This document shows, one piece after another, positions 11,599 through 25,586 of a stretch of 64,000 nt of DNA (the first letter of the stretch is position 1; the number at the start of each line of letters is the position of its first letter). This stretch comes from Lingula anatina (taxonomy: Eukaryota > Animalia > Brachiopoda), in contig CM120645.1 in NCBI GenBank assembly GCA_051362555.1, positions 23,340,934 through 23,404,933 on the forward strand. The letters are read 5' to 3'. Position numbers and translations under genes: made by a program. The notes under the pieces were generated by a model. The model was not told the origin of the DNA. It made no database searches and saw only the letters and a program-made list of their open reading frames with translations.

Positions 11599-13515
11599 AC
11601 GTCAAATTTCATGAATTGTTTATCAATAAAAGAATCAATCAATAAATTTATCAATCTACGAATCGACCAACCAACCAATCGATCGATCACTAATCTAGAG
11701 ATTGAAAATAAGTACTTATATATTGAATAATGTTCTCACCAAGCGTTTTTTACAAAATGCTCAGTTCTTTCGTTCGATCACCTGCCTATTGTTCAAGATA
11801 AATGCAGAACTAAACGCAGAAAACTCACTGTCAGTATGAAGTCAAAACTGTGTCTATGACACCATCTCCATGTGAATCCTGCCATTATCTCGCGATAATA
11901 ATAATGATAATAATGATCATCATCATATTTATTTCTTATAAAGTGCATTCCAATATAATATATGTCAGTGCAGGTCACCGGTATATAATATAAAATTCTT
12001 AAAAAATAACAGTCCAAAAAATGGCACAAACTAAGTACAAACGTTTAAAGACATTAATCGTAAAAAGACTTAGATAATTATCAATTTTTAGAGACAGGCT
12101 AAAACTGTCATTTTCACTTTTAGCTCACAATACAATATAAAAAAGACACAACACAATATAATTACAAAACAAAATGACACAAACTAAGTTTAAAGGTTCA
12201 TAGACATTACTCATTAAAAGACTTTGAAAATGATCAATTTTTAGAGACTTAAAATCTGTCATAATCACCGTCACGTCTAATATAAAGAGTTCCAAAACGT
12301 TGGAAAACAAAGAGCAAATACCTGTGAAAAATTACAATACAAAATGACACAAACGTAGTTTAAAGGTTTAAACACATTAACCATCACAAATAAAATTTGA
12401 AAAAGATGAATTTTTAGAGAGACCAAAAATCTGTCGACATCACTCTCAGCTCCAACATAAAATAGTTCCGTTATGTTGGTGCATGAATAGTAAAAGCCTT
12501 ATCCTCATAAAATGTGTTACAATGTCTCTCTTTTTTTAGGACAGGTTAAGTATAAAATGAAAGAGTTTCTAGTTGGCCTATATTGTTTGCGCTGATGAAT
12601 AATTTCTACGAGGAAACCTGGCGCATATTCTGTAAAAGCTTAAAAACAATAGCAATGTTTTTACATAAACTTCTTTGTAAGATGCGTAGCCAGAACAGCT
12701 CTTGTAAGACTGTAGAAATATTCTATCATAGATATTGATAACTTTGTGCAACTAAAAACGGTGTTTGGAACATTTCTTTTAACCCCGTCCACAAATTACG
12801 AAAATCCAAACTGATATATTTGAGTTATGCTAAATCGGCTTTAGAGGTACCTCTCAAAATTCATGGAGACCCCAATAAACGAAAGGCAGCCTTCAAAATC
12901 AAACCCGCTGCATTATTTTCTGATTAGAATTTAAGGTCGGCAAATATACAGACACCAAACAACAAAGACATTGCAACAAGTTTTACAAAAATAATCTTAT
13001 AAATTAATAAATAAACATTAAAAATCAGTAACTGTACATGTTGGAAGAATAACGTTGCTGATTATCGAAATGAGCCTTTCTTATTAACATAATCACACAG
13101 CTATATTGAAGTAAAAAAAAAATACAACGATTAATTGATTCTTGCACACTTTTTACAAAAAGGATATGACCTAACAAAAATTTACAATAAGGACATGCTA
13201 ATCCACACTAAAAACCTTTACATACATAATGCTGCTAGTAATACACTTCAAACATTCAATAACAAGACATTTAGTACTGTTTGGAATACACATATTTCAC
13301 AGTGTTTCTATTTTTAAGACGTTATTACATATACACTTCATATTGTCCTTGTGGGGCCTTTTAATTGTAACAATATTTTAATTGTTCTATATCTGCTTCT
13401 GGTGGGAATCGCGACACGACAGCCTGTCTTTGACACCCGTCATGTACAGTATGTGTATTGTGTGAGATGCATCGGTCATCCCATAACTTACATATTTTCT
13501 CAGAGGGAGGTATTG

Positions 13516-13681
13516 CAGGCTCGTAGCCAGCAATTGCAAGAGGGGGGTTCTTTTTTTTCTAAAAATGTGGACCTATTGTCATGAAACCTTAGTATAATTA
13601 GATCAAATTTACCCAGAGTGGACCTTTTTCCCAAAAAGGGTTTTTTTTCGAACCCCCCAACCCCTCCTGGATACGGGCCTG
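13516..13681. mobile_element. MITE with 15-bp TIR and TATTG target-site duplication
   Basis: TIRs CAGGCTCGTAGCCAG / CTGGATACGGGCCTG; TATTG at 13511-13515 and 13682-13686. Confidence 0.75.
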
Positions 13682-13748
13682 TATTGGGACTAGACTGTTG
13701 TATCACCCACCCCAAGCCCCAACTTAATTTAAAAAAAATAAATAAAAA

Positions 13749-16700
13749 TTAAAAAAACTTAGTTTTCGAATCCAGGTAAAACAACTTACCAATCGCGAGC
13801 GTCGGGGAACCGGTCCCGCTGGATGGATGGGCACCAGGACCGTTTCCTTTAGCATTTCGTGACCTTTTCAACTTGTAATACTTATCACGGATGATAGAAA
13901 GACATGTACATTCTTTGTCTGACGTAATGCATCCTGCATGGAAAGACTCGGCAACCTCTTGAATTATCCCGAATAACCCACTATTCCAGACCTCAATGGC
14001 ACGATAGAGGGCGTTGTTCGGCGACTGTTTGTAGACGGGCAGTTTACTAGCAAAGTCTCTGAATCCCATCATTTCTTCTCTGCTAATCAAGTATCCACCA
14101 AAAAGGCAATCGACCAGGTCTTCCAAATTAAAGGGGCACAGCTCTTCCACTTGAGCCCATAGTTTCCTCTTGCAAAGGTCTAGAAAGGCGCGAATTGACT
14201 TGTCTGAAAAATTCATTACGTGTACTAAAGTACATGTAACTGAGACAGCTTTTATATAAGCAAATGAATTACTTAATTAATAGATCAAAAGAAAAAATTC
14301 AAAATATTTCATATCATTTATCACATGTGAAAGGGAATCTCGGTGAATTTGAATGTTGAACAAGAAGGAATTAATTTGCAGCTTATAGTTCCTGTACAAG
14401 CCGCGATGAACTACACACACTGGACAATATTCTTACATTGCTTATATTCCGCCTCCTCAGGTTAATAACTTGACGCCTATAACCGTCAGATAATTGCCTG
14501 TATCTTGCCATATTGGAGGAAGACAGTAATGACATTTGCTGTACATGTACAAGACCAGCAGTATAGCGGTTTTATACTCATTAGTCACATCATAAGTAGA
14601 CCAGGCATTATAACTGCCCAAGATCTGCCTACTTTTATTACTCTGATTTAGGGGGTGACACTTCTATTGACCAGTGTATGTATATATGCATTCTGATGAT
14701 TAGAACATTATGACTCATTCGACTAACTTTATATTTACATATCCCATGCAATCGCATATTAATTCAGTGTGTCTAAGACCGTTCTCACAACCAATTGTTT
14801 CGCGGACTAAAGAATCCCGGGATCAAACACGCCCATCCCACTCTAAAGCCTGTGGCATCATCTACAAGTAGACACTGAAAAGATACCCCGCGAGGATTAT
14901 GCGGCAATATTTCAAATGGGTCAACAATATTTAATCCGCGAATCAACTTCGGTTGTTAACATGTCATTATATGGGTCGTTACCATCCTTTTCCTGGGCAT
15001 TTTCGCTGACGGTCCGGCGCCTCCTTAAAGGAACTGCGTTGGCATTTCCACGTCTTTGTGCACCATCATTTTGAGGGAGGTTCTCTTTGGTGGCCAGGCC
15101 ATATAATTTCCCACCATCTAACAAGAGAGAAGAGAAGAAATAATCGTGATTTTTTTTCGCGCAGCCAAAGTAACATCTCTGTTCTAATTTGTAATTATGT
15201 AAAGACTGTAACACTACACCCCGACCTTAGGCCTTTGTTCGTTTGATAGTATACAGCCTAATTCAAAAGGTTACTAACGTAATTCTGATAAAATTTTTCA
15301 GGCCGTGTCGAGAATGGGTTAACTAAATATCAAATAGATTTTGATGGTGACCACTTCTCATTTTATCATGACATCAATCAATTTCAATTGATTGATTAGT
15401 TAATTATGAGAATTAAGGTGTCTTGTTACATCTAAGTTAACTTTCCTGATAGTATTCATTCCACAGATACAATAGGTTTTAATTTCTAACAGAAACATCT
15501 GGTCTAACCTGGTTTGCCAAATGTTCCCTCTAGTTGCTGTGTAGCTGTTTTCGTTTCAGTTGTATTGCTGTCCACGTTCTTTTTAAGCCGTTTATCTTCT
15601 TTTGACCCAATTTTACCTGACTGAGTTGACATAATGTGCCCAGTGTCATCAGTATTTGGCTCGACAGCAAAGTGAAATGTTGCTTTTGGGCTCAATTCGG
15701 GTTGTAACTTCATCGGTCCTCCGCTCACTTGTGAGGTCGATTCCGTCTTTACATGTGGTGTCCCACTCAGTTCTGACAATGCTGACGGTGCACTCTTTGA
15801 ACGGCTTAAACGTTTTTTTAGTTCAGGTGGTGTCGATTCCCTTTTTACTGGTGGTTTCCTAGTCATTTCCGACATTGCTTGGGATGTCCCTCTCAGTCCG
15901 TTCTTAACTGATGATGTCCCAGTCATTTCCGACATTGTTTTCGGTGTCCCAGTCTGTTCCGACATTGCTTGTGCTGTCTCTATCAGACCAGCCATTACTG
16001 GTGATCTTCCAGTCAGTTCCCATATTGTTTTCGGTGTCCCAGTCTGTTCCGACATTGCTTGTGCTGTCTCTATCAGACCCGCCATTACTGGTGGTGTCCC
16101 AGTCTGTTCCCACATTGTTTTCGGTGTCCCAGTCTGTTCCGACATTGCTTGCGGTGTCTCTATCAGACCAGCCATTACTGGTGATGTCCCAGTGAGTTCC
16201 CACATTGTTTTCGGTGTCCAAGTCTGTTCCGACATTGCTTGCTGTGTCACTACCAGTCCGTTCTTACCTGGTGATGTTCCACTCAGTTCAGACATTACTG
16301 ATGATGCCTTGTCCTGTGATCTTGTCTTAACTGGTGATGTTCCACTCAGTTCAGACATAACTGATGATGCCTTGTCCTGTGATCTTGTCTTACCTGGTGA
16401 TGTTCCACTCAGTTCCGACATTACTGATGATGCCTTGTCCTGTGATCTTGTCTTAACTAGTGATGTTCCACTCAGTTCCGACATAACTGATGATGCCTTG
16501 TCCTGTGATCTTGTCTTAACTGGTGATGTTCCACTCAGTTCCGACATTAATGATGATGCCTTGTCCTGTGATCTTGTCTTAACTGGTGATGTTCCACTCA
16601 GTTCCGACATAACTGATGATGCCTTGTCCTGTGATCTTGTCTTACCTGGTGATGTTCCACTCAGTTCCGACATTACTGATGATGCCTTGTCCTGTGATCT

Positions 16701-19700
16701 TGTCTTAACTAGTGATGTTCCACTCAGTTCCGACATAACTGATGATGCCTTGTCCTGTGATCTTGTCTTAACTGGTGATGTTCCACTCAGTTCCGACATT
16801 AATGATGATGCCTTGTCCTGTGATCTTGTCTTAACTGGTGATGTTCCACTCAGTTCCGACATTACTGATGATGCCTTGTCCTGTGATCTTGTCTTAACTA
16901 GTGATGTTCCACTCAGTTCCGACATAACTGATGATGCCTTGTCCTGTGATCTTGTCTTAACTGGTGATGTTCCACTCAGTTCCGACATTAATGATGATGC
17001 CTTGTCCTGTGATCTTGTCTTAACTGGTGATGTTCCACTCAGTTCCGACATTACTGATGATGCCTTGTCCTGTGATCTTGTCTTAACTGGTGGTTTTCCA
17101 CTCGGTCCCATCTTTATAGATGGTGTTCCAATGTACCTTGTCTTTACTGGTGGTGTTCCAGAACAATTGTCTCGTCTCATATGTTTCGTTGGTGGCTTTT
17201 TCTGAGTCTGAATGCTGAGAGATTCTTCCAACTCAGACCAGGGAACATACGATCCGCTGTCCGTGAAACGTCTCACCTTTGTGGCAGGTTCGGACTTACA
17301 GCTTTCGTCGAATTGATGAATTTTGTCTGAAAAGAAAAAGGGATCAGTTTGGCAAATATGCTCGTATAGTACTTACTGTCTGCGGTGTCTTTGTCAGAAT
17401 AGGATCATTTCGAATTTAACGTTTGCTGAAGAACAGACTACACGATTGGTTAATAATTAATAAATAAGTTTCAAGCTTATCAAAATATTATTGCAGCAAA
17501 AACCTTTTTCTACATACCCGTAGACGGTCCTTTATATTGAACATCGGTACCTTCTTCAAATATGCACGATTGCTGAAGTAAAAATCACAACACTTAGACT
17601 CACATCTATGAACAAAAATCATTAAACATTAGATGTTTTGTAATTGATTGTTTCATAATAATTGTTTAATAATTGTTTTATTCATCGACAAAGAAGACTA
17701 GTATGCTTTAAGTAGAACTGTTTTCTACCTTTAAGAAGCTTCTCTTTTCTGTAGATTTACACGTTGTAAACTTACCTTGTTTTCTGAGACTACATGCTGA
17801 GTTCGTATGTGTTCCTGGTATTTTCCGGCAGTGACCCACGAGCAACAGTGTTCGCAAAACACCGGGGTCTTGGGGCACTGGAACCGTTTGTGATGTCGAA
17901 TGTCATGTCTGCAATAGAGGCAAAGACGTCTTCAATGCCTTAATGCAAAAATATTGATGTCAGAAAATATCATGGGACTTTCACAAGGTAAGGGGGGTAC
18001 AATTCGTGTCAATTAATAACCACCTTTCAGAACACAACATAAACTTAACTTGGATCAACACATATTTCTTAGAACCATCAGGTTTTTGAGAACCAAGTGC
18101 AGTCCACGTACCTTTCCACTCTGCTACTGCACGCTGGACATGTGGTATATCTGGCAGGGCAAAGGGGCTCGTGGTTCTTGATACTCTTCCTCAGAATTGT
18201 CTCCCCACAGACGCAGTGGTACGAGGCCCACTCACACCTCTCCACGTGCTCCACCAGCTCCCAGCGATGCAGGAGATTATGGGGACAGCCCAGAGACTTG
18301 TACGGGCACGTGACCGTGGAAAATTTGCACAAGGAGAGGTGTCTCTCCAACTGGCTGGGTAGGACCAGCTCCTTGCATCCTGGGTTGGTGCAGACCACGG
18401 GGACGAAATCAGGACACTGCTGGTTGGCTTGGAAGGGCAGGTCGTTCTCTTTGGCAGGCTTCGCTTTGAAGAGAGACGTGATCCACTTCAACAAGCTCTT
18501 TCCTGCTTTACCATCTCTTCTATTGCTCGTTGGTATCTTGTGCTGTGTTTTCAGCGGGCATGTCTTGATATGTTCACGGAGAGCTCCTCTGGGTCCGCTC
18601 TGGCTACACTGAGGGTGAGGGCATGATATCTGCATGTGATCGCAAACACTTTCGTGGATAACCATCTCCCTGACTGTGCCACTGAATACGCATGGTAGAT
18701 GATGGCACCTGACTTTGAGTTCCGCCACCTTGGAGTAGAACGCCATTTCATTGCTTTTAAAATGTTGGCTGGCGGCGCCATGCTTCCTCATGCCGCTGCC
18801 TTGAGACGTGTAATTTTGAAATGAAGTAGATTTATGAAGCATATGTGCATTCTTAACAGCATCATTGGTTGTAATATAACAGTATTTATTTGATACCTAT
18901 TTATCCAACAAATCAACAAAAATTCACACTTGAAAAATACTTAAATGTCTCAAGTTTAAAATATTTTTCTATCTTATGAATAATATTTAAACACGCAAAC
19001 AAAGGATAGATAAATTCAGACAAAAATATCTATAAAGGTTCCGCCATTTTGGAAGCGGGAGGAGGTTGGGGTCAAAAGGGGCGATTTTTCAAATTCAGAA
19101 AAGAGATCATAAAGCATTCTTGTATTCGAGTCTTCTTTTAATTATCCTGTTTAAAGGGCATTGCAGAATATAATCTGATCAAGCCCAGAATCTCTTACAT
19201 GTAAATCAAGTACAGAAATCGGTTCGGATTTGACAGACGATATTTTAGGTTTTTACTGGGGCAAAAAAACGCCTTGATGATAAACAGGTTCGTCCTGCTG
19301 GTGCTTGTAATTCCCCGTTTTAACCGCCATAGCTCATTATGGTGGCTTATTCTAATGTGCAATTTAAGTGCCACAGAAAAAAAAACTGACCCGAGCATAA
19401 AAAATGATCAAATGCAAATATAAATTATCGGTGACCGCATGGTGCAAACAAAGTTTGTATATCATACTTACAGATAGCACGTTTCACTGTTCTCACGACT
19501 CTTCTGGTCTTTCCCCATAGCAACGAACCTAAGACAAGATATCACACCCTTATGATTCCCTTTGACAGTAATATCACATTTTTGACCTAGTCCATGTGTC
19601 AAATTGATTGGAAGAGTTGTCCCAATGGGCTTATTGTATGTATGGTATTGTATGTATGTAAAAAATGTATGTATGTATGTATAGATAATATAGATAAGGA

Positions 19701-20276
19701 GCGAAGCCATACTTCTACCAATGTAACCCCTTCCCTAGAATCCTGCAAACGTTATACATATACCGTCTTTAATTTCTTAAATTAAGTACAAAACAGACCT
19801 CTGTGGAATAACGATGGAATGAAGATTTAAAGTGCAGAAGAAGTACCTTTACTAGGCTTCGCCAAAAACCGTATTAATCTCTGCAGCGTACTAGGGCCAC
19901 GGTTAATGTTGCCTAGATCAATGCGGTGTTTTTTCCAGTGTTTTGGAACTTTGCAGCCTTTCACTCGAATACTCCTCAGGTTTTTCAGCTTCTTCGCACA
20001 CAGGGCGTGCTGCAGAAGATTCATACACCATGGGTTTCTCCAAAAGTCGGGGCTCAGGCAAAAGACAACCCTTTTGGCCTGCTCGATGGACGCGTAATAA
20101 AACTGGACGACTGGCTTGCCAAGAAAGCAGGCCCCAGAGTGGTTACACGTGAAGCCAAGATTTTTCAGGAAAACAATGAAGGGTGAAATAAGGTGCTCCT
20201 CCTCCTCGTGATGGGCGAAAAACACATGGTGACTGTGTTTCCTTAATTTCGGTGGTTTCACTTTTGGCGTGGACAT
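13749..20276 (-). CDS. TIR - TRAF-type Zn-finger - repeat linker - CARD-like protein, paralogue 2 (~1211 aa)
   Basis: Exons 20276-19847, 19528-19472, 18799-18112, 17908-17776, 17572-17518, 17326-15509 and 14203-13749. Intron phases are identical to paralogue 1 and nucleotide similarity is high. A possible GTAAG donor after 13790 could change the C-terminus. Confidence 0.8.
15870..17095 (-). repeat. Coding tandem repeats: ~13 x 63 nt (KTRSQDKASSVMSELSGTSPV) plus ~4 x 90 nt units
   Basis: Near-identical 63-nt units at ~16270-17095 and 90-nt units at ~15870-16260, seen directly. Confidence 0.95.
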
Positions 20277-21207
20277 CGTTCTTCCTCTCCCCTACAATGT
20301 AAGTGATAGGAAACGTAATATGTGGCACTGTTGTTTGCCACTCAATATGAGCCTATATAAATTGTCATGTGACAACCCTAAATTCATCCTGTCCTCCCAC
20401 GGCACTAACGGCAAAGAAATGTTTCGAAAATAAGGTGCCGTTGGGGTCGTTTTCATATCCCGAGAAGAAAAATTTCGGGCACTGGTTCCGCCATTTTGGA
20501 AGCGGGAGGAGGTTGGGGTGAGGTGGGTGGGGTGCCTCCCCTTAGCTGCATTTATACCCTGAATTTTTTCTGAAATCACTGGAAACCTACTTTTTATCAG
20601 TATGCATCTGCCGTGTCCTGTAACTCAGTTCACGGGCATCAATAAGACCAGTTTCACATTCAAATCTTACCAAGCTGCTGAGCTAATTTTTTGATCATTT
20701 AATTAAAGCTTCAGGTTAGGTTCTAGTAGGGCCTAAATAATCGTGAAAGCCGGGACTCTTTGACCTCCCGTGTGTTCGCCAACCAAGATGAGAGCCCAAC
20801 ATAATACGCCCCTCCCCTGATTCATCGGACCGAATATAATCCATCATCAGTCGAAGGTGGGGGGGGGGGGGGCTCTCCCCTCCCCCCTCCCCCTCACATT
20901 AGCCAGAAGTGCAGGAAGCAGAGATGGAAGGATGGGGGGGGGGAAGGTAACGGTCCCTGTCCTAATGTTTACTTATAAGTAAGTCGTAAAATATTCTGTT
21001 AAACTCAAAAGAAAATCTTCGCGAACAGCAACCTCCTCACTTTCACTTTGCTTATCCTCCTTCTCACCTGTACCGCAATTTGGCGTAAATGTATAAATGC
21101 TTCCTGTTAGGCACAAGTGTTATCTGTTTTTCTCGGATGAATGTTTAATCTCGAAATTGTTGGTTAAAGGTTAAATTAAATGGACAATCAGAGCGGGAGA
21201 TAACGGG

Positions 21208-24081
21208 CTTGCACCCCGCACACGCTGAGACATTTGCCTCAAGAGACCAACAAGGCAGCAAAGCTGTCAAATGTACAGACAAAAAACAGGAAATAACTAT
21301 GCACAAAATAGGCTACTGTCAATTCTGATGCAAAAATACATTATGTTAAACTGCAAATTCAACATCAAATTTTAATTATCCTCAACAGGTAATACCAATG
21401 TAATTAAAATATGTGACAAGTTTACACTTTGAAAATGTATAACTTCCAGAAAAAGAAGTCACTTAGACTGCTTTTCCAACTCAGACTGCATTTTAGTCCT
21501 GTATTTCTTTTTTGAAAGTTTGGCAATCATAAGTAACATGGTTTTCCCATAATGGTCATCATGGCAGCAGCACCCAAAATTGTGTTTTCTTCTATTCTGA
21601 TGCAATATTACATAATGGTTAACAGCATAATGACCGTCAATTTTTAATAATAAAATATACATATCATGGATTTTCAGAAAATGTGACTAGCATGGGTCTT
21701 CAAGCCCGTGGAACTTTAAAGTCACACCTTAAAAATGCCAATATGTGAAAAATTAAATTTTCACAAAATAACTGTTTAACTGGCAGTAAGAATTATCAAA
21801 CAGACTGTATTTCCTACTGAAGCTGTATTTTAGTCCCATGTTTCTTTCCTGTAAGTTTGAGAACAGTAAATGACATGGTTTTTCTTAAATGGTCATCATT
21901 GGAGCAGTGCCCAAAATAGTTTGTTTTTTTTTTCAAATTTTGATGCAATATTACATAATGTTTAACAGCATAATGACCATCAACTTTAATAATAAAATAT
22001 TAGTATTATGGCTATTCAGAAAATGTGACTAGCAAAGGTCTTCAGGCCCATGGAACTTCAAAGTCACAACTTGAAAATGCCAAAATGTAAACAAGACAGC
22101 ACTGTTCTGAAATGTTTTTTTTTCCCATTTTTAACAATTTTTAACATAAAACAAAATTAACAGTTTTCTGCCGTTTTTATATGATCAACTAAGAAAATTG
22201 ATGAGATGGGAAAAATATCAACAGAGCAGTGTTAAATGTCCAATCTCTTCCATTCTGAGATTCTGAACATAGTGAATGATTGAATCTGACAAACTGCAAT
22301 GATATGAGTTTATTTCCATTTTTGAAACTTTATTACACAATACACGATAACAAGTTTACCATCATTTTTACATAATCAACTAATAATGTTGTAAAATTGC
22401 AGGAAATGCCAAACAAACACTTTTACGTATCTTATTAGTTCAATAATGAAACTGTTTACATGCCTAAGAATTGAATCTGAGGAAATGTGAAAAAACTGCA
22501 TTTCTTTAAAATAATTGCCCGATTATGCTGATTTTTGAACTCAACCTGCGTTTTAGCAGGAATGACCACTCCTGTGAGTTTAATGACAATTGGCCCATCT
22601 GTTTTTCTTATATTGTGTTTACAGTGTTGCATATATGCTGAAAAGTGAAAAAAAAGCATAACTTCTACATTAATGGCCCGATCATGCTGATTTTCGAACT
22701 TGACCTGCATTTTATGAATATTCATCAGCTCTGTAAATATACAGCCAAAAAGTAAAACTGCCTTCCACTTATCGTGTTTACAATGAAAGTGCATGGCGCC
22801 GGCGACAGCAACAGTGACAGCAACGACGGCGACGACAGACGCAGGTGATGGCAATATGTACAGACACATCTGTACATATCAACTGTACTGTTTGAGAACA
22901 GTAAGTGACATGGTTTTTCTTAAATGGTCATCATGGGAGCAGTGCCCAAAATAGGTTTTTTTCAAATTTTGATGCAATATTACATAATGTTTAACAGCAT
23001 AATGATCATCAATTTTTAATAATAAAATATTAGTATCATGGGCAAATAGTAAACGTGACTAACAAAGGTTTTTAGGCCGATGGAACTTCAAAGTCACGAC
23101 TTAAAGATGCCAAAATGTAAACAAGACTGCACTGTTCTGAAATGGGTTTTTTTCCATTTTTAACACTTTTTTAACATAAAACAAAATTAATAGGTTACTG
23201 CCATTTTTATAAGGTCAACTAAGAAAATTGATGAGATGTGAAAAATATCAATAGAACAGTGTTAAATGTCCAATTTCTTCCATTCTGAGATTCTGAACAT
23301 AGTGAATGATTGAATCTGACAAACTGCAATGATATGAGTTTATTTCCATTTTTGACACTTTATTACACAATACACGATAACAAGTTTACCATCATTTTTA
23401 CATAATCAACTAACAATGTTGTAAAGATGCAGGAAATGTCAAACAAACACTTTTATGTATCTTATTACTTAAATAATAAGGCTATTAACATGCCTAAGAA
23501 TTAAATCTGAGGAAATCTGAAGAAATGTGAAAAAACAGCATAACTTCTAAAATAATGCCCCGATTATGCTGATTTTCGAACTCAACCTGCGTTTTAGTAA
23601 GACTGACCATTCCTGTGAGTTTCATGACAACAGGCCTAACGGATCTCCTTAAAATGTGTTTACAAGGTTGCATATATGCTGAAAAGTGAAAAAACAGCAT
23701 AACTTCTACAGTAATGGCCCGATCATGCTGATTTTCGAACTTGACCTGCGTTTTATGAATATTCATCAGCTCTGTAAATATAAAGCCAAAAAGTAAAACT
23801 GCCTTCCACTTATCGTGTTTACAAGGAAAGTGCACGGCGACGGCATCGGCATCGGCATCGCCATCGGCATCGGCATCGGCATCGGCATCGGCGACGACAG
23901 ACGCAGGTGATGGCAATATGTACAGACACATCTGTGTCTGTACATAAAAAAATCAAACACGTGAGAAATTTTGCTCAGCCGCGCGAGGGGCAAAAATCTC
24001 ACCGAAATAGCCCCGCACACGATGAGAAAACGGCGCAGCGCAAGTGGCGCGCGCTAAATGCTCACCGTGTGCGGGCCCCCT
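21208..24081. mobile_element. ~2.9-kb non-autonomous DNA transposon inserted upstream of paralogue 2, with an internal ~1-kb direct duplication
   Basis: The empty site is present in copy 1 (gataacgggacgtg at ~9038). TAACGGG occurs at 21201-21207 and 24082-24088. Subterminal inverted repeats are cccgcacacgctgagacattt / aaatgctcaccgtgtgcggg. ~21855-22880 is repeated at ~22890-23945, and (GGCATC)n lies at ~23842-23890. Confidence 0.75.
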
Positions 24082-25586
24082 TAACGGGACGTGCGGCACA
24101 GCGCACCTTTCACTTACGCCTATTATCTAGGATCCTTTCTAAGGCCAAACGAATTAATAAGTTGATTAACGAGAGATAAGATCTATAGACGTGGGCCTAA
24201 TTTATTTATTTATATATTTATTTTTTGTGGAGGTGAGGGTGGGAATGGAAATTTTCAAATCCACTGTTCAGCTTGGGTCATTTGAAGACGTAAGTCCAGT
24301 GGTACTAATTAAGATTTTTTCTGAGATCAGTTACTGCTACGTGTATTAACCAAAACAATATCCAGTGCATGTTTTACTTTCATTTTAAACAAAGTACATT
24401 TTTCATTTTCTCTAAGTAACGTGGGTCGAGTTCGTTTACCAAATTGTCACACTGCAGTGGCGAATTTAGGGGGGTGTCAGGGGGGTCCTGACCCTCCCCT
24501 CCGATTTCTGAAAAAAATCATACCAATGGCCCCCTCTTGAAATTAGAATTATGACTAGCTGAATTATAGTTCTAAACCGTACCGAATGGCACCGTTCACC
24601 CAATAAAAAAACAAAAAGGGGGGGGGGGGGGTGAAGATCGGTTTCGCATCCGCAGACCCCCCCCCCCCCCCCCCTTCAAATAATCCTGGATCCGCCCCTG
24701 CATTGTCTGACATCATGTTACATTTTACTCGTCGTCTACTAATAAATTACTGATTCAGGAAGTAGATGAAATGTCTACAAAAACATAATATTTTAAATAT
24801 CTTGATTGTTAAGCAAAATCAGTGTTGATTAATTCAAGAAATTTAAGTATTTAAACACGTGTACCGAACACCTAAATTAAATGTGTGCGAGATTCGCTCG
24901 GCTTCCGAACTTCAGCTACAAGTAAACTGTGTCTTGCAGAATACGAGAAACCTTCGTAATTAGCCAGAGATATATATACATTGTGTAACATATGATCCTA
25001 CAGCCATATTCTTCACGATTTGTGTCTACAGAAAATTTATATTCACACCAAGAAGTTGTATCTCACCACTTGGCTTGAATATTTCATTAGTAACTTTTAA
25101 GTTAAAACCAGTATATTCTGTCATCATATTAAGACATAGCCTATATTTTTGCTCATTCACAAACTGGCAACACAATTACCAACAAAAGAAACGGTAGGCC
25201 TATTATGCGCCGATTGTATTGTTGTTATTATATTATATATATTGTACAAGGTCATGATAATTTATGATAAATTAAATATATCTGTGAATATGTGTTGAGA
25301 AATTTATCTGTGACCCTGGTAAAGAGTATTTCTTACACCTCGCTTCTTCTGTATGTGTAATATCTCGATGTCTGGCGTCTCCTTGTCTAGGCTTGTCACT
25401 CATTAGGGTCAGCCCTTCGATCACCGTTGGCGTTTATGGATGCAACGAATGAACGTCTTGGTTCGGTTGTCATTAATAATTAGCTATCCAGATGAGAAAC
25501 CTCACACTGTCTGGGTGACTTAGTTGACTATACAGTTATAAACTTGTCAGGTCACGCCGTTTTATTATATGATTGGAAATCACAGT

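Noticed and set aside
16270-17095. Regularly spaced repeats as a CRISPR array
   Set aside because: There are no unique spacers, the repeats lie in frame within a eukaryotic exon, and no cas genes are present.
16192-17205. 337-aa + strand ORF with a DDALSCDLVL repeat
   Set aside because: Antisense shadow of the 63-nt repeat in paralogue 2.
22456-23931. Two similar ORFs of 137 and 145 aa (MCLYILPSPASVV...)
   Set aside because: They fall within the duplicated internal repeat of the inserted element, include microsatellite-derived DADADA, and have no transposase motifs.
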